64,000 nt of DNA from Chrysomallon squamiferum (lineage: Eukaryota; Animalia; Mollusca), in assembly GCA_012295275.1 (NCBI GenBank), contig CM022671.1:11470001-11534000 (forward strand), written 5' to 3'. The translations under genes were made by a program, and so were the position numbers. Below the pieces are notes generated by a model that was not told the DNA's origin, did not search any database, and was given only the letters and a program-made list of their open reading frames with translations. Below are positions 21,667 to 35,633 of the stretch, piece by piece (position 1 is the stretch's first letter; each line of letters begins with the position of its first letter).

Positions 21667-24600
21667 ATGCCATCAGCTTCTCAGTCAAGCAGCAGAGCAG
21701 GCAGCTCGCAGCGCCAGAGTACTCAGTCACAGAGAGGTCACCTGCCAAGAAGTCAGACTGCAACTCAGAACATGAGTCAGGCAGATAAAGCTGCTGCCGA
21801 CATCAACAAAGAGGAACTGGAACAAAAAGTAAGTTCCTCCTTGTTCCTTTCATCAAGTTAGTTTGATACATGCGTTTGTGTCTTAATATCAGTTTATTTT
21901 ATAAATGTTAGGTTTCTTGCAGAATTTCTTGTTTGCTTTGCAATTTCTTTTCAGTTAAATAAATATATTATTATTAATATAATTAAAAAAAAAAAAATGA
22001 TTGATGATTTTATACGTTTTGATAACTGTTAAAACAAATTTAATTTAAATCCTGCATTGTCCATAACATTCTTTAATTTCTTTTTCATTGCAAGTGTTAT
22101 TAAAAACTATCATCTAAGCAAATAACCCAATTTAATACTTATTATTATTAACATAAATATAAGATTGAACTTTAAAGAAGAATGTTTGTTTCATTTACTT
22201 TCTCAGGTAACTGATCTTGTGCAGTACATGTTAATCATGTGGCAGAAGAATGTACCCATAAAGAAACTAGGTATCAATTTCAAACTTGCAGTATCATTTC
22301 TTCATTAATTTTAAGTTTTGAAGTTTAACAAATATTCAAAATACGGTTTAAAAAGTATAAAATTTCCAATTTTTTTCTCTTAAGTTGGACGCAGAAGTAC
22401 TTAATAAAGTGTATTTTGAAAGATTTGTGATACCATTTTCAAACCTATATTTACTTTACATTTATTTTGTAACTGATAAATGGAATTTATTAATCAATTT
22501 CTTTTTGAAATATTTTAATAATATTTTTGAAAGATTGAGTGTACATACAGTTTTTTCATATGGAAAAGGATCACAAATATTAGTAGACAGAAAACATTAT
22601 TAGTATTTTCTTTACAGATACTGATAAAATGTATTAAAAGAACAGTTTTGTCATAGGGACGAAGAGCAGAAATATTAATGTAGTATATATATTATTAATT
22701 ACTTCTTTACAGATATTAATAAAAATGTATTAAAAGAACATAGCAGAGCTTTTGCACACATAATGAAAAAAGCTGAAGATAAGTTGGAAAAGGTATTTAC
22801 TTCCTTAATTATAATTTCTATCTACTACTATGGTGGAAAAAATAAAGTTGAGAATTTTTATTTAAGCCATAATGATTTTTACTCATTGTTTCTGAAATTG
22901 TAAGTTGTAAAATGAATATTATTTTCATTAAATTTTTATTTTTTTTATATATGTGTATGTGTGTGTGTGTGTATGTGTGTATACATAAATTTATGTATAC
23001 AGACACTCACACACAGAGATACACATTATATTTATTTATCTAGGTTTTTGGTGCTAAAGTAATTGAATTACAAGACAAACATAAAGGTAGCTATATTCTT
23101 TTAAACATGCTGGAAAATGATTCAGAGAATCCATATCTCGTTTTGTAAGTATTGTTATATTTTATGTTAATATCACTTTTCATTTATGAAAAAAGTAGTA
23201 ATAAAGAGAATTAAACTAAATTTAGAAAAAGAAAAATGTTTTTTAAAAGAGAAAGTAACACCTATTTTGCCATTTCATATAATTAGTTTGTTCATTTCAA
23301 AATGCAGCTAAATATCAGTAACATCTGTTTACTTAATACATACACATTTTCTTTTTATAAAATGTTTGTATATCTCTATAGATAATGCTATGATTCTTTG
23401 TTACATTCAAAGGTAAACACTAATATTGAAATTTGTTTTAAATGCTTAAAAATTTAATAATTATTACAATAAATTTACATATTGTGTTTATAGCCCAGAG
23501 ATTGAGAATGCAAAAACTGGTCTTCTGATGGTGACTCTCAGCCTTATTTTTATGAATGGAAATGTCATGCAAGATGGTAATAAAATTTTGTTTCTTGTAT
23601 ACATATTAACCAAAACTGCCTTTTAAATTCAAATGAGAAATGCAAAATAATGAAATAAACAAAATATTGTATAGAATCACAAACATCAGTGTTTTTTAAA
23701 AAGTTCTATGAAGAAAATCAAATTCTTTATTTTATAAATACATCCTTTTTCTCGTCTTTTATATTCTACTGTGATAAAATAAGTTAGAATATTTTAAGAA
23801 CACATTTAATAAAATTAATGGCAGTTATGAACATTAATACTGTATTATTTTTCTTTCAGTTGAATTATGGCACACCTTAAAAAAGTTTGGAATTGATCCT
23901 CAGTAAGTGTTTCATATTAAATTAGCTAAATCATAGTCTGTTACAGCTATCAGTGGTGGTTTGAATAAATAGCCTTAATAGATTTGGTATATCTTTAGAC
24001 CCCGCTGCATTCAGCCAACAAGTTGTATACATGTATGAATTGTTACTATTGCCAAATCCTCAGTCTCTTACAGGTATTTACATTTTCTTAGTTCAATCAT
24101 AATACATGTTCTAAAAGGTTCTTTATATAATTATTGTGTTAATTTTATGCTTAAATATTAAACATGTAGAAAGATATGTTGCTTAATAATTAGTTATGTC
24201 CTTAAATTTATAATTTCTTTATGTCCTACTCAGATATTTTATAATTATTCCAGCTGTACTCATGAAGTCTTTGGAGATGTCAAAAAATTGATTACTCAGG
24301 AATTTGTCCGTCAAGGATTCCTAGAATATGTGCGACAACCTAACAGTGATCCACCTACTTACGACATTCAGTGGGGACAGAGAGCTTACTACGAGACATC
24401 AAAAAAACATTGTCTCAATTTTGTTAGTCAGGTAACACACATTACACTGAATGAAAGGTCATTGACAAACATATTTTCTTTTTTTTTTTTTTTCAGATTG
24501 AATAAAGATATTCTGAACAATATCTAAAATATTTAAGCAAAAAATCTATTTGCAATAGTTTTTTTTTTTTTTTTTTATTATTGTTGTAGTAGAAACCTCT

Positions 24601-25018
24601 AGTATTTGTTTAATTTATTTTTGTATCCTTTCATAAGAAAACCATATGAACCTTTAAAATGAGTATAATGAGGCCTTGATGAAATCTTGACTGAAATATA
24701 AAATATACATTTTATATCTGCCTTGTAAATTGGAGTGCAATACTTTTTAAAACTGCATTTTCTAAAAACAAATATAAAGTTATTGTAAGGGTTATTCTAT
24801 CATTCAAATCACTCAGTAAAAGTGAAATTTGTAACCTAAATGATTCAGATATTAATACATTATTGCCTCAGTAACAGGTTTTGTAAAGGATTCAAACTAG
24901 CAAGTGTTTTTATTTGTGTTTGCAGATATATGATATGGAGCCAGAAAGATGGACATCACAATATCAGGACATGTTGAATGATGAAGAAGTTCAGACTAAT
25001 AATGTACCTCGACACTGA
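21667..25018 (+). CDS. NSMCE3: Non-SMC element 3 (NSE3/MAGE-domain subunit of SMC5/6), 8 coding exons, 267 aa
   Basis: Exons 21667-21828, 22207-22270, 22713-22792, 23044-23144, 23494-23576, 23860-23902, 24254-24431, 24926-25018, totalling 804 nt in one open frame. MAGE motifs: [87 protein letters not shown]-rich N-terminus. Confidence 0.95.
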
Positions 25019-27833
25019 TGAACACAACAATTTCTTATTTATAAGTGGATGTATAGTTTTTACTGTTTCCAAAATAAAAAAAGCTTCTTTTTTTTTTAAA
25101 TTATTTAAACAAAATAGGTTTGGGTCAGCTGGAAATTTATTAGCTCTGGAATCAGTCTGTTACAGATATCTTATTTCCCTTTTTTCTTTTTTTTTAATTC
25201 AATTTAGTATATTTATTTATTTTTTTTTTTTTTTTTTATTTTTTTTTATGAAAACTCATTGATTTTTGAAATTATTGTTATTTTCACAAATCAAACTGTT
25301 TTTACTTTTCTCAGTTTGCTCATGATATTTTAACATTTTCATTTTGAGCTTTGTTATTTAAATGAAGGATGAAAAATAAAGAAATAATATTACACACAAA
25401 ATTTATGTTATGAACATTACTTAAATCATTTGTCAATAAATATTCATTAATACTGTATTTTCTTACTTTATTAGTAAACATTCTTGACACTATTTTGGGA
25501 GAACTAAATTACACTTTTGTAATTAATATTATTTTATTTTATTACCCATTGTTATATATATTTTTTTTATTTTGTGTATAATTGTGAATGGTAATTTTCT
25601 TGTATCAGTTAGTTAAAAACTGTGATGTGTAATTTCTTTTATACTGAAATTACATAAAAGTGAGCCTTTATTATTAATATTTAACAGCTCTGGTAATATA
25701 GTGTAATATACTTAATGGTTATAAGAATGATTAATAAAAATTGTTAAGAATTTATAATTTAATTTCCAAAATTTCTAGTTAAGGAGGGTGCTATCAGAAA
25801 AAAACAAATTACCCAGATCATAAATAGAAAGCAGTAATATGAACGTGTGTGTTGTACATTAATATAACTTGTATGTAAGCCAACATCAAGAGGAAGAAAG
25901 GATGATTTTAAAATTTTATTGGAATGAATGCCAGAAACAAATGTTCACCAAATATTTATTGAACTGTTATTTTCAAAGCCTGATGATAGTGTTACAGCAT
26001 GAAATAAATAACTTTCTTTTCTTGCCAGTAAGTCTTAAATGCTCAAGTACAGTTTGTTTATACTACTTTATTCAGATAAAAACTTTTCTTAATGTTTAAA
26101 CATGGAATAATAGTGTTTCTTTTATTTATTTATTTATTTATTTTATTTTATTTTATATCTTGGTTTTTCCTTTTTTTCTTTTAATTTATATATTTCTTTA
26201 TTTTTATATTTTTTAATTACTATTATTTTTGTTGGTATCTTTGTTACTGTTATTAATGTTATAATTGCAGTTATAAAAGCAGTTGTAATTTTTATTTTCC
26301 TGTGTTTTTATTAAATTATTTATCTAAATGTTTGGGTAGAGTGCAGGCTGTTTTAAGGTAGTTCATGGAATAAGTTCTACTACGTACATCTGTGGGTTAC
26401 ATTCAGTTGGTCTATCCAAATTCATGTAACCTGTTTGATAATCCCTAAATGAGTGTGTAATTTAACGCACCAAGTTATGGGAGATAACTCCCGTGAGTAT
26501 CGCAAAGGTGAAACCATGGCATTAATTAAACGGTCCGTATGTATGCAATGGCATACCATTTCACTTGTCTTGCATAACTTTCGTGTTTACAAAATCAGTA
26601 TATACAGTTTTAATCAAACTCACGTCGTTTGACAGGACGCATAATTTTTAAGGTTACATTTACTATTTCCTTCACCCATGCTTTTCGAAGCATATGAAGT
26701 AAGACATTTTTGAAAGTTGCAAATACCAATAGATTAAAAACGTGGCGCATTAAACAAAATATATATTTATATTTTTTTTTAATTATCACGAAACATGGAG
26801 TCAGTAGGTACATCTCAGCCATTATTTCAGAGACACCAGTAAAATAAACATTACATTATGAGATTGTGATGCACCAAATTCTTAACGAAACATTTTGCAG
26901 CTGTAAATTCAATTTACATAATGTCCAGAAAATATTGTCGATGTTTGAAAGAAGTTGGGTAATAAGAGGTATTAAAGAAATGATCAATATTATTTGAAAA
27001 CATTATCTTTAAGATAAATCCTGAAACGTATCAAAAAGTTTCATTTTTCAAAATTTAGTTTCAGATTATTTCTGTAAGAAAACGACTCAAATACATACTT
27101 AAAGTTAGTATGAGTTTGGTACTGGTTTATTTTGTTCTGCCGTGTAACTTACTTTCAAGTGCTAACAGAGCATGGTCTGGTAATCAGGAGAAAATCCTAA
27201 TAACGTTCTCGGCATAAGTGTGCATTACATGAAATTATTTAACGAAGGTATTCTCCAGAAAGGGCATATGGTAAGAGTTGTTGTTAATCTCAATTTGGTC
27301 GTCGCATTTCTATGGCAACAGAGGATCTGCTAATTTTGAGTGACGTTTAAAAGCCGTTTTTAAAAGACGTTTGTTTCGACGAAATGCCGGACCCTCATTT
27401 ACCCTTTCAAGCAGAGGACTTGTGGAGAGTGCCAGTGAGGGGAAATCGGTAAAGACGTCAACATTTGACTGCTGCTAAACAGGGTAGCACCCTTCTTTTC
27501 AGTCTTCATGAGAGCATGTAGGACCAGTCCGTCAAGCCGTTGAAGAATGTATGCTGTAAATTTTGAAACTAATGACAGACGAGGAGTGAATGTAATTCGA
27601 GCCACTTTCCACAGCGTAGGTTCGAATACCGAACATATTTACTTTTCTTTTCTTTGTTTTATTAGAGGAAACTAATTACATATCTATTTAAATTAGATAT
27701 TTTGTTATTTTTATAAAAAGATGGTGTGGATGTTTTCTTTTCTTCAGTGGACACAGTTCATTATAGATGTTTAAACCGGCGACTGAAAATGTGTTCAATT
27801 TTGAGTTCCTGTTTTCGTGTATGACATAACAAA

Positions 27834-27927
27834 ATGGGTCAAGAGTTCTCAGTGGAAGATTTCAGAAGTTTCCATGGTTTCCATGGAATTAATTTCAAGT
27901 CAGGACTTGATAGATGTTACGACAAAG
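27834..27927 (+). CDS. Candidate first coding exon (MGQEFS...) of the FGD-like gene
   Basis: AAAATGG start context, open frame MGQEFSVEDFRSFHGFHGINFKSGLDRCYDK, donor AAG|GTAATA in phase 1, upstream acceptor at 27747. Confidence 0.6.
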
Positions 27928-27961
27928 GTAATATATTATGATGATGATGATGATGATGATG

Positions 27962-28000
<39 letters not shown>

Positions 28001-28136
28001 GCTGTTGTTGTTAATTACCTATATTCTTATATTTTGATACTTTCTAAATATATTTATATATTTTTTGTAAATATTGTTTATACGTATCTTAGTAATTATA
28101 ATGAATGTAGTCACAAGTATTGTGGTGTATTAAGAG

Positions 28137-28894
28137 GGCTGTAGGAAAAAATGGCACAAGAAAAAAAATGGGTACCCGGAACAAATGGCACTGTGCAGAT
28201 TTGGAAAAAATGGCACCTTATTTATTTTTTCAATATAGTTGCTTTAAAAAACCTTAAAAGTACTTTTGAAAATACAGTTTATTCATGCAATATTGTTACG
28301 TACATGTATATCAATACACAGCATCAACTCAGCCACTTGGTTTTGCTTAACAAAGTACAGTATTATATCAGAGTTTAATATTACACATATACACATACAT
28401 ATACACACACATACAAATTTATACATACACACATGTCCACATACATACATATATACATATACACACACATACAAATTTATACATACACACATGTCCACAT
28501 ACATACATATATATTCATATATATTCTGGAGGATATTTTAACTGTCGTATGTATATTTAAATTAGATACATCTGTATGAACGTGTCTGTATGTATGAATC
28601 TACTAGTGCATCTACGCGTGAAGTATTCATATATGTGTGCATATATGTGTATGTGTGTATATATACATATACACACAGATACGTGCGCGCGTGTGTGTGT
28701 ATATATATATATATGTGTATGTATGTGTGTTTATATGTATTTATATGTATATATGTATACGTGTATGTGTATAATATTCAATTCTGATATAATACTGTAC
28801 TTTGTTAAGCAAAACCAAATGGCTGAGTGATGCTATTTATTAATATGCATGTATCTAGCAATACTGCATGAATAAACTGTATTTTCAAAACCCC
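28137..28894. mobile_element. Foldback/MITE-like non-autonomous element with long internal inverted repeat
   Basis: 28264-28400 is the imperfect reverse complement of about 28755-28890 (ttttgaaaatacagtttattcatgca / tgcatgaataaactgtattttcaaaa). CA-rich and TG-rich inner arms. Three GGAAAAAATGGCAC-like sub-repeats at the left end. ATTAAGAG direct repeat at 28129-28136 and 28895-28902. Confidence 0.7.
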
Positions 28895-31557
28895 ATTAAG
28901 AGTACGCTACGCGATCCAGAACTGACTTCAGCAGCTTATGAACCTGAAAGTCCAAACAGTTGTACAAATACATTAAAAATAATAATAATAAATAAATAAA
29001 CCTAAAATATAACAACACGCAGAAGTTCATTTACAAATATTGTAAGCTATTTGATAATGTGTGTGTGTGTGTGTGTGTGTGTGAGGGACCTTAAAGCAGT
29101 TATATTCGCGTTCTGTTTCAAAACCAAAGTCTGAAAACTCATTTTGCTTGACTCGAGTTTCAATTAACGTTATGTTAATATATAAAAAGTCTAAACGAAA
29201 TATATCTTTAGAAATTGATTTTGCAATAAAAAATCACATCATCACATTATAATTAAGGAACACTGTTTAAATTTGTTCAGACAATTTTGGAACGATTTAA
29301 GGATCTGTGAAGTGTGCCAGTCGATTTTCCTTTGTTTTTCAAACAGGCAGCTGTTCACATTTTTGTTTATGTACCACGATTCGTGAAAATGTATGTTAAG
29401 AACTGCAGGTTTTTTGTATTGTGAAAATGTTCTTAACAGACGAACTTTTGACCCTGTTAGTCGACGAAAACCACATGCAGTAACATATCGTGTGTTTCAC
29501 ACTGTTTGACATTTGACTACGTTTTCACGTGCACACAGTTTTGCCATTACCTGCTCACACAAATAAATAATAATAAGAAAATAATATTAAAAATTAAAAA
29601 TACCTTACACATGTGTGATCTGGAGTCTGGGGCTAGCCTCCACTTTTTGCTGTCCTGTTTTTTAAATATTTTTTATTTTTAAAGTTTTTATTTTTTTATT
29701 TTTTTATTGAAAACTATTGCATTATCGTTAAAAATTTGTTCGGTAACAAATTATAAAACAATTGATACGTAAATTACAGTACATTTACACATTTGTGTGT
29801 GTGTGTTATCAACTTAAAGAAAACATCGTATAGATCCATGTATGATCAGAGAGCTCCATGACATTTGTTTCATTCTGAAAGTTATGCGATGATGATATAA
29901 CATATTTCTGACTTCTCGAACATGTGCCGGTCTATGATGTTTGATAACCTGACACCCCCCCCAAAAAAAAAAAAATCAACAACAACGACAACAACTGCTG
30001 CTACTACTACTCTTACTACTACTGATAATAATAATAATAATATGTCATACAGTTCGTCCACTCTTTAAACAAAACTGCTAAAACACTGTACTACACTATC
30101 CACCCTAACATTTGGATAGCTGTGAAGCATGAAGGGTAAGAATTTTGAATGAAAGAAAACGATTAAACATTTACTGAAACTTTTACTATATATATATATA
30201 TGAAAATAAAGATGGTCCAAAGGCCATTCGACTGGAAGCGTGGAACTATTTATATGCACCTCACAACAGACAGGAAATTACTTATAAATACTATTAGTCT
30301 TGGATAATCCAGAAAGTTTCGAACTGGATTAGCAAAGAGAAAATTGCTTGGCTAAAGCTTTGCATTAAACTGATGTCATAGATGGATTAAAATAACTACG
30401 GATCCGGAGGAAAACCATTTTCTCCGGTCCCCATCAGTTTATTTCTTTTCTTTTCTTTCTATACTTTTTTAGTTGTTTTTTTTCCACTTCATTCTAATGA
30501 AACACATTTCATTTGAACATTTTATCCAACAATTATGGCGCCGTCTCTTCTGAAATACTGAATTCGTCCTTGGTAAACATTCATGGTTACTTACAAGAGC
30601 CGAGGCAGCAGAAATTAATTGAGTAACATGATTTTCTCAGGGTAGAGATGTCAGTCGAGCTAGTAACCCGTGGTTACTTCTTGTAATTGTCTATATTGAA
30701 CAGAAAGTTCTCAAAGTCGCGGCAAGAGATAACAAGGTAAAAGTATACATAAATGAGTCTAAATTGGAAGATAGGCATTTAACCGAAACTGTCTGCCAGA
30801 ATCACACACACACAAAAAAAAAAGTAAATAAAACATAAAAAAATAAAAAAATAAAAATAAATCTTTATGCTTCTATATGCTGTTGTTGATCGTTAATTAT
30901 AAACATACACGTAATTATATTATAGATTATAGAAGTTGAAACATTATTATAGAGGTAGTAGTAGTGGTAATGGTTGTAGTTATTGGTGTTTTTACTGTTC
31001 TTATAATTATTCCTGTATTTATATAATTTATTTATTTATTTTAACTGATAGATGAGCAAACTCACAGGCTTTTTTAACTCAGGGAGATAAAAGCAACTTT
31101 AATTGTTATTTTGTTGCTGCTGTTGCTGTTATTGTTATTATGATATTAATTTAATATTCTTTTATATAGGCCTATATATAAAACCACAGAAAATTACAAT
31201 CATTATAAACAGCATTAAATTTTGCAAATCCTCTAATTTTACTCTAATTAGAAATATTTGCAAAACGTAGTGGGGAAAATGACGTATTTCACGGATATCT
31301 GTTAAACAATGTACTTGACTTTATCTGGTCTTAAATGTCAACAGAAAAAACTGAAACCGGAAGTTCAGTTATTTAGCCACATCATTTTTGAATCATGACA
31401 GCGTAATTTATTTACTAGAAAGACAATAGCTATATCACATAATACTCTCATTCTCTTTTTTTGTCTTTTTTTTTTTTTTTTTTTTTTTGTCCATTCTGTA
31501 CTAAATGTTTTAGCGTGATATAATGCTAAACTTAGACAATCTCTGAAACTGGTGATT

Positions 31558-31579
31558 ATGGACTCGACGGGGAGTGGCA
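31558..31579 (+). CDS. Candidate alternative first coding exon (MDSTGSG) of the FGD-like gene
   Basis: ATTATGG start context, donor A|GTAAGT in phase 1, 0.9 kb upstream of exon 32452. ETS-type ACCGGAAGT at about 31356. Confidence 0.5.
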
Positions 31580-32277
31580 GTAAGTAACATGTAAAAACTT
31601 GTTTTAGTTAGAGAAAAGTTAATTTTAAAATATAAAATATAATTATAGTTCTGGTTGATATGAATAGTCAAAGCATGTGTGTCAACGATTCTCGTTTGTT
31701 CTGTGGACAGTGGCGCAGTTTTCCACCAACATCTGCAATTTTGATATACCTAATGTTTATTTATATATAATATTATCAATTTAAAAAAAAATATATATAT
31801 ATTTGTTTTTTTTTGTGCTAGGACATTTTTGTTCATAAGCTGACTGTTTATTATTTCATTATCGATTACTAAGAGAACTATATTAAAGAGTATTCACAAA
31901 AATACACGAATATTTAAATGTAACACACGAACAGATGCACACACTCAAATTTTGATTTTACATCAACAGCCATTTATTTTCCATTTTATTATTACAAACA
32001 TGTAATAATTCTTTGTGTGAAATATTGTAAAACCATAAAACAAACAAACCACAGTAAAAATAAAATAACTAGAAATAACATACTGTTCATATCGTCACAC
32101 TGTATAATGATTATGTAACAACTAATGGTTTATATTCGTGCCAGACTTTTATTTGCAGCCGGCTTTGATGGATTCTACTAGATAATAGATTAGGTCTTAA
32201 AGCTGTGTTTCAAAGTGCCCCGTTATTGTTAATGTGCGAATATCAGTACAGGTGTTAATCGAATAAACAACAACAAC

Positions 32278-32327
<50 letters not shown>

Positions 32328-32451
32328 TTTATGCTGGTAGCGTTTTTTAACTTCTGATCTTTATAATGGTTGTTAACTCTGTGTATGGAGACGTATAACT
32401 GTGGGTTAACAAGGTGTTGAGTTGTAAAATAATTTTTTTTTTGTGTTGCAG

Positions 32452-32625
32452 TGGATAGCCAGCTGGAACAGTTGGTAGAATACGTCACGGACCGCCTGAA
32501 AACCCCGCCGAAGACTACTCCACTGAGGGAAAGACGAGTCCACTACTCCAAATACAGGACACGATGTGGCGCGCCGTCTGTCAATCGAAGATCATTTTCA
32601 AAAGAAGAGAATGAAAAATTTGAAA
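32452..32625 (+). CDS. Probable internal coding exon of the FGD-like gene (phase 1-1)
   Basis: Strong acceptor (ttttttttttgtgttgcag) and donor (A|GTAAGA). GC-rich open frame DSQLEQLVEYVTDRLKTPPKTTPLRERR..EKFE. Phase is compatible with exon 57057. Confidence 0.7.
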
Positions 32626-34988
32626 GTAAGAGTTTGTTTATTTAAAAGCGTTTTATTAGATTTCATTACTAAGCGTTATTAATGACACAGTCATTACTTG
32701 TTTACTTATTCCAGTAAATTAGCAGCATATAAAACAACAGAAAAAAAATCATTGTAAAGTAATAGACACATTTAAAAGACAATAATAATGACAAATACAA
32801 CAATAAATAAATTAGAACAACAATAGCAACAACAGTAATAACAACAACAACAAAACAACAACAACAACAATAATAATAATAAAAAGCGATGTAAATATAA
32901 AAATCTTAATTAAAAAATAATATTACTAGTTAAAGTTGTTTCGTGTTTACTGACCTAATTATTTTATTAAAACCAAACAGTTTTACAGAAGTATTGTTTA
33001 CTATAAAACTGGGACAAAGGAAAACGTGTAAAAAAAGGAGTTGGTTATCGCCATTGTTTCAGTATTAGGATCTTGTACAAATGGGTCGGCGAAAGTCAGA
33101 CTGTTTGACATTAGTTAATAAAAGCTGGTCTCAGTAGTTTCTCAGTGTTTCGTAGTGCCACTTAAACAAAACACACTGCTTCAAAGGTAACACTGAATAA
33201 AGCCAGGTCTGGTAATACATTCCTTTGAAGTTCTAGAATTTTGTTCATGTAGAAAGAATTAAATGTAACCAGAATGTCTTGGAAACATTTACTATTGATA
33301 CTGATGTGTACCACATTTTTCTAATCCTAGCTGCAGAAACAGTATGCGTGTGATGAATTAAGTGTCTCATCAACAAATGTATTAATAAAAGTACAAACCA
33401 CCCAGTAACAAACCACTCGAAAAACCCATTGACATTCACTAATTATAAATACATCAACATAAATGCAAATGATGCATCTGTATACTCCATACGTATGCTA
33501 ACAGTGTTTGAAAATCATTAGAAAGCCCTGTAAAAAAAATTATCTGCCATTTTATTAATTAACCAGATGTATGAAGTTAGGAAAGGCGTATCTAAAAGTG
33601 TCTAAGTAGGTAATATTTTTAGATAAAAAAAAAATAATAATAAAAAAATTATATAAATAAATAAATAAATAAATTTAAAAACTGTATTATTACATTACAG
33701 TATGCAGAATTAACAACGATGTATTTTTATTTTAAATTTGTAATGTTACCAGATATTAAAAGAATCTTGCAATATTAATACAGACTAATATTTTGTATTA
33801 TCACTAAGTATGTCAATAAAGTGTTTACAAAGATGCCACAGATTAGAACTAACATTTTTAAGACTAAAGAAACTAAGTTAAATTTTAGTTTAAAATAACT
33901 ACGAGATAAAAAAAAACAAAAATAACCTCCTTCAGCCTCAAAAAAGTTAACTTATAGACACAAAAAGTCAACAACAAAACAAAGCAACTATAATTAAAAA
34001 CATAACTATTCCTATCATAATTTACATTATTATACGCATATAAATAATAATAAAATAATAATAATAATAATAATAACTAAAAACAAAATATATAACAACA
34101 TAACTGAAAACAGCTTTCACTTATCTTTTGTCTATAATCCAACCACTCCCCAAAACACCTGCCTTTATTAAATATTTACAAGAAAAATCCTTTAACTTCG
34201 TAACGTTTATGCAGCGTAACGATGTCAGCGCGTGTTTTTGTTTCAGAAGAATTCAGTTTTATCCAGATGTGCAGGTTTCCAAAACTATTAAACTTTTGTA
34301 TAATACTAGTTACTAACTATGGGAAAGATTGGCGAATGGTAAAATATATCCCTTGTTATTTATCAGAAAGTTTTAATTTTTAAAAGGTAAAGTTTAAGCT
34401 TTGTTGTTGTTGTTGTTGTTTATGAAGACAGTGTAAACAGATTATTAAATGTCTGACATTTAACAGACATATAACAAATTAAAATGATTTAGTGCTGTTA
34501 TTAAACAAAACAATCATAAAATTTGTCACGGGATAGTTAGAAACATTGGTTTGTACATTGCTGCGTCTTTGCAAACATTTCTGGAGAAAAACATTCCTGT
34601 GATAAAATATCCCCAGACTAAACTAAACGTACTCTCACTCTCTGGTTCTCGCTGATCCCAAAAGTGAAATGAGGCTGAAAGAAAAAACATTTCAACCAAC
34701 CGTAATTAGATAAACACAGAAATTAGTCGCGTTACAAGTCAAAATTCCAGCATTGCTTCTTGCACTGGCAAGCAGGCCGGTGCAAAGCATTTCAAATAAA
34801 ACAGTATATGAATGCTTGTGTATGATCATTATGTATGTACATTAATCCATTAAAAAAAAAAAAATGACAAGTATTAAAAATGCGCGCGAGCACAAAAGCA
34901 CAAAACATGTACTATAGAGGTTGAAATACATATACATGACCTAAAAGGTGAAACGTATCTTATGAAAAATTTATTATTACAGAGATTT

Positions 34989-34991
<3 letters not shown>

Positions 34992-35029
<38 letters not shown>

Positions 35030-35071
35030 ATATATTATTATATATAAATGACGTACAGACAGACAAACATT

Positions 35072-35166
<95 letters not shown>
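34992..35166. repeat. Compound (TA)n / (CT)n(CA)n microsatellites
   Basis: Directly visible. Similar tracts at 27938-28010, 32277-32325, 35585-35630, 38590-38671, 39543-39604, 40656-40745, 41257-41317, 47028-47068, 50140-50310, 55567-55660 and 59625-59790. Confidence 0.95.
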
Positions 35167-35167
<1 letters not shown>

Positions 35168-35578
35168 GACCACGAAATCGGAGACACTGAAATGTTCTAT
35201 CCCTGTTCGCCAAACCCAGAAATACCAAACATTTAGCTGCAACCATAAAACTGGTCTGTGCGCCCTGAATTCTTTGTGGCTTGTGTTACACAACAGGGTC
35301 AGATTTCTGGATAAGAAAAGAGGTCTGCTTGGAGAAACGAAATAGCAAATTACGAAATTGTTTGACTGATCCTGATTTACTGAAAATGCGTGCCAGTGAT
35401 ACAGCAGCTGGCCTAATTACACCACAGCCAAAACGAAGAAAATAAATTAGAAATTTCACTTAAGTTTAGCTTAAAAATCTGTTCTAGACAAACTTTCATT
35501 GAACGTGAACGTAACAAATTATGAGCGATTTCAAAACATAGGTTTGTAGTATTTTCCACCCAGTAATAACAGATCTTT

Positions 35579-35633
<55 letters not shown>

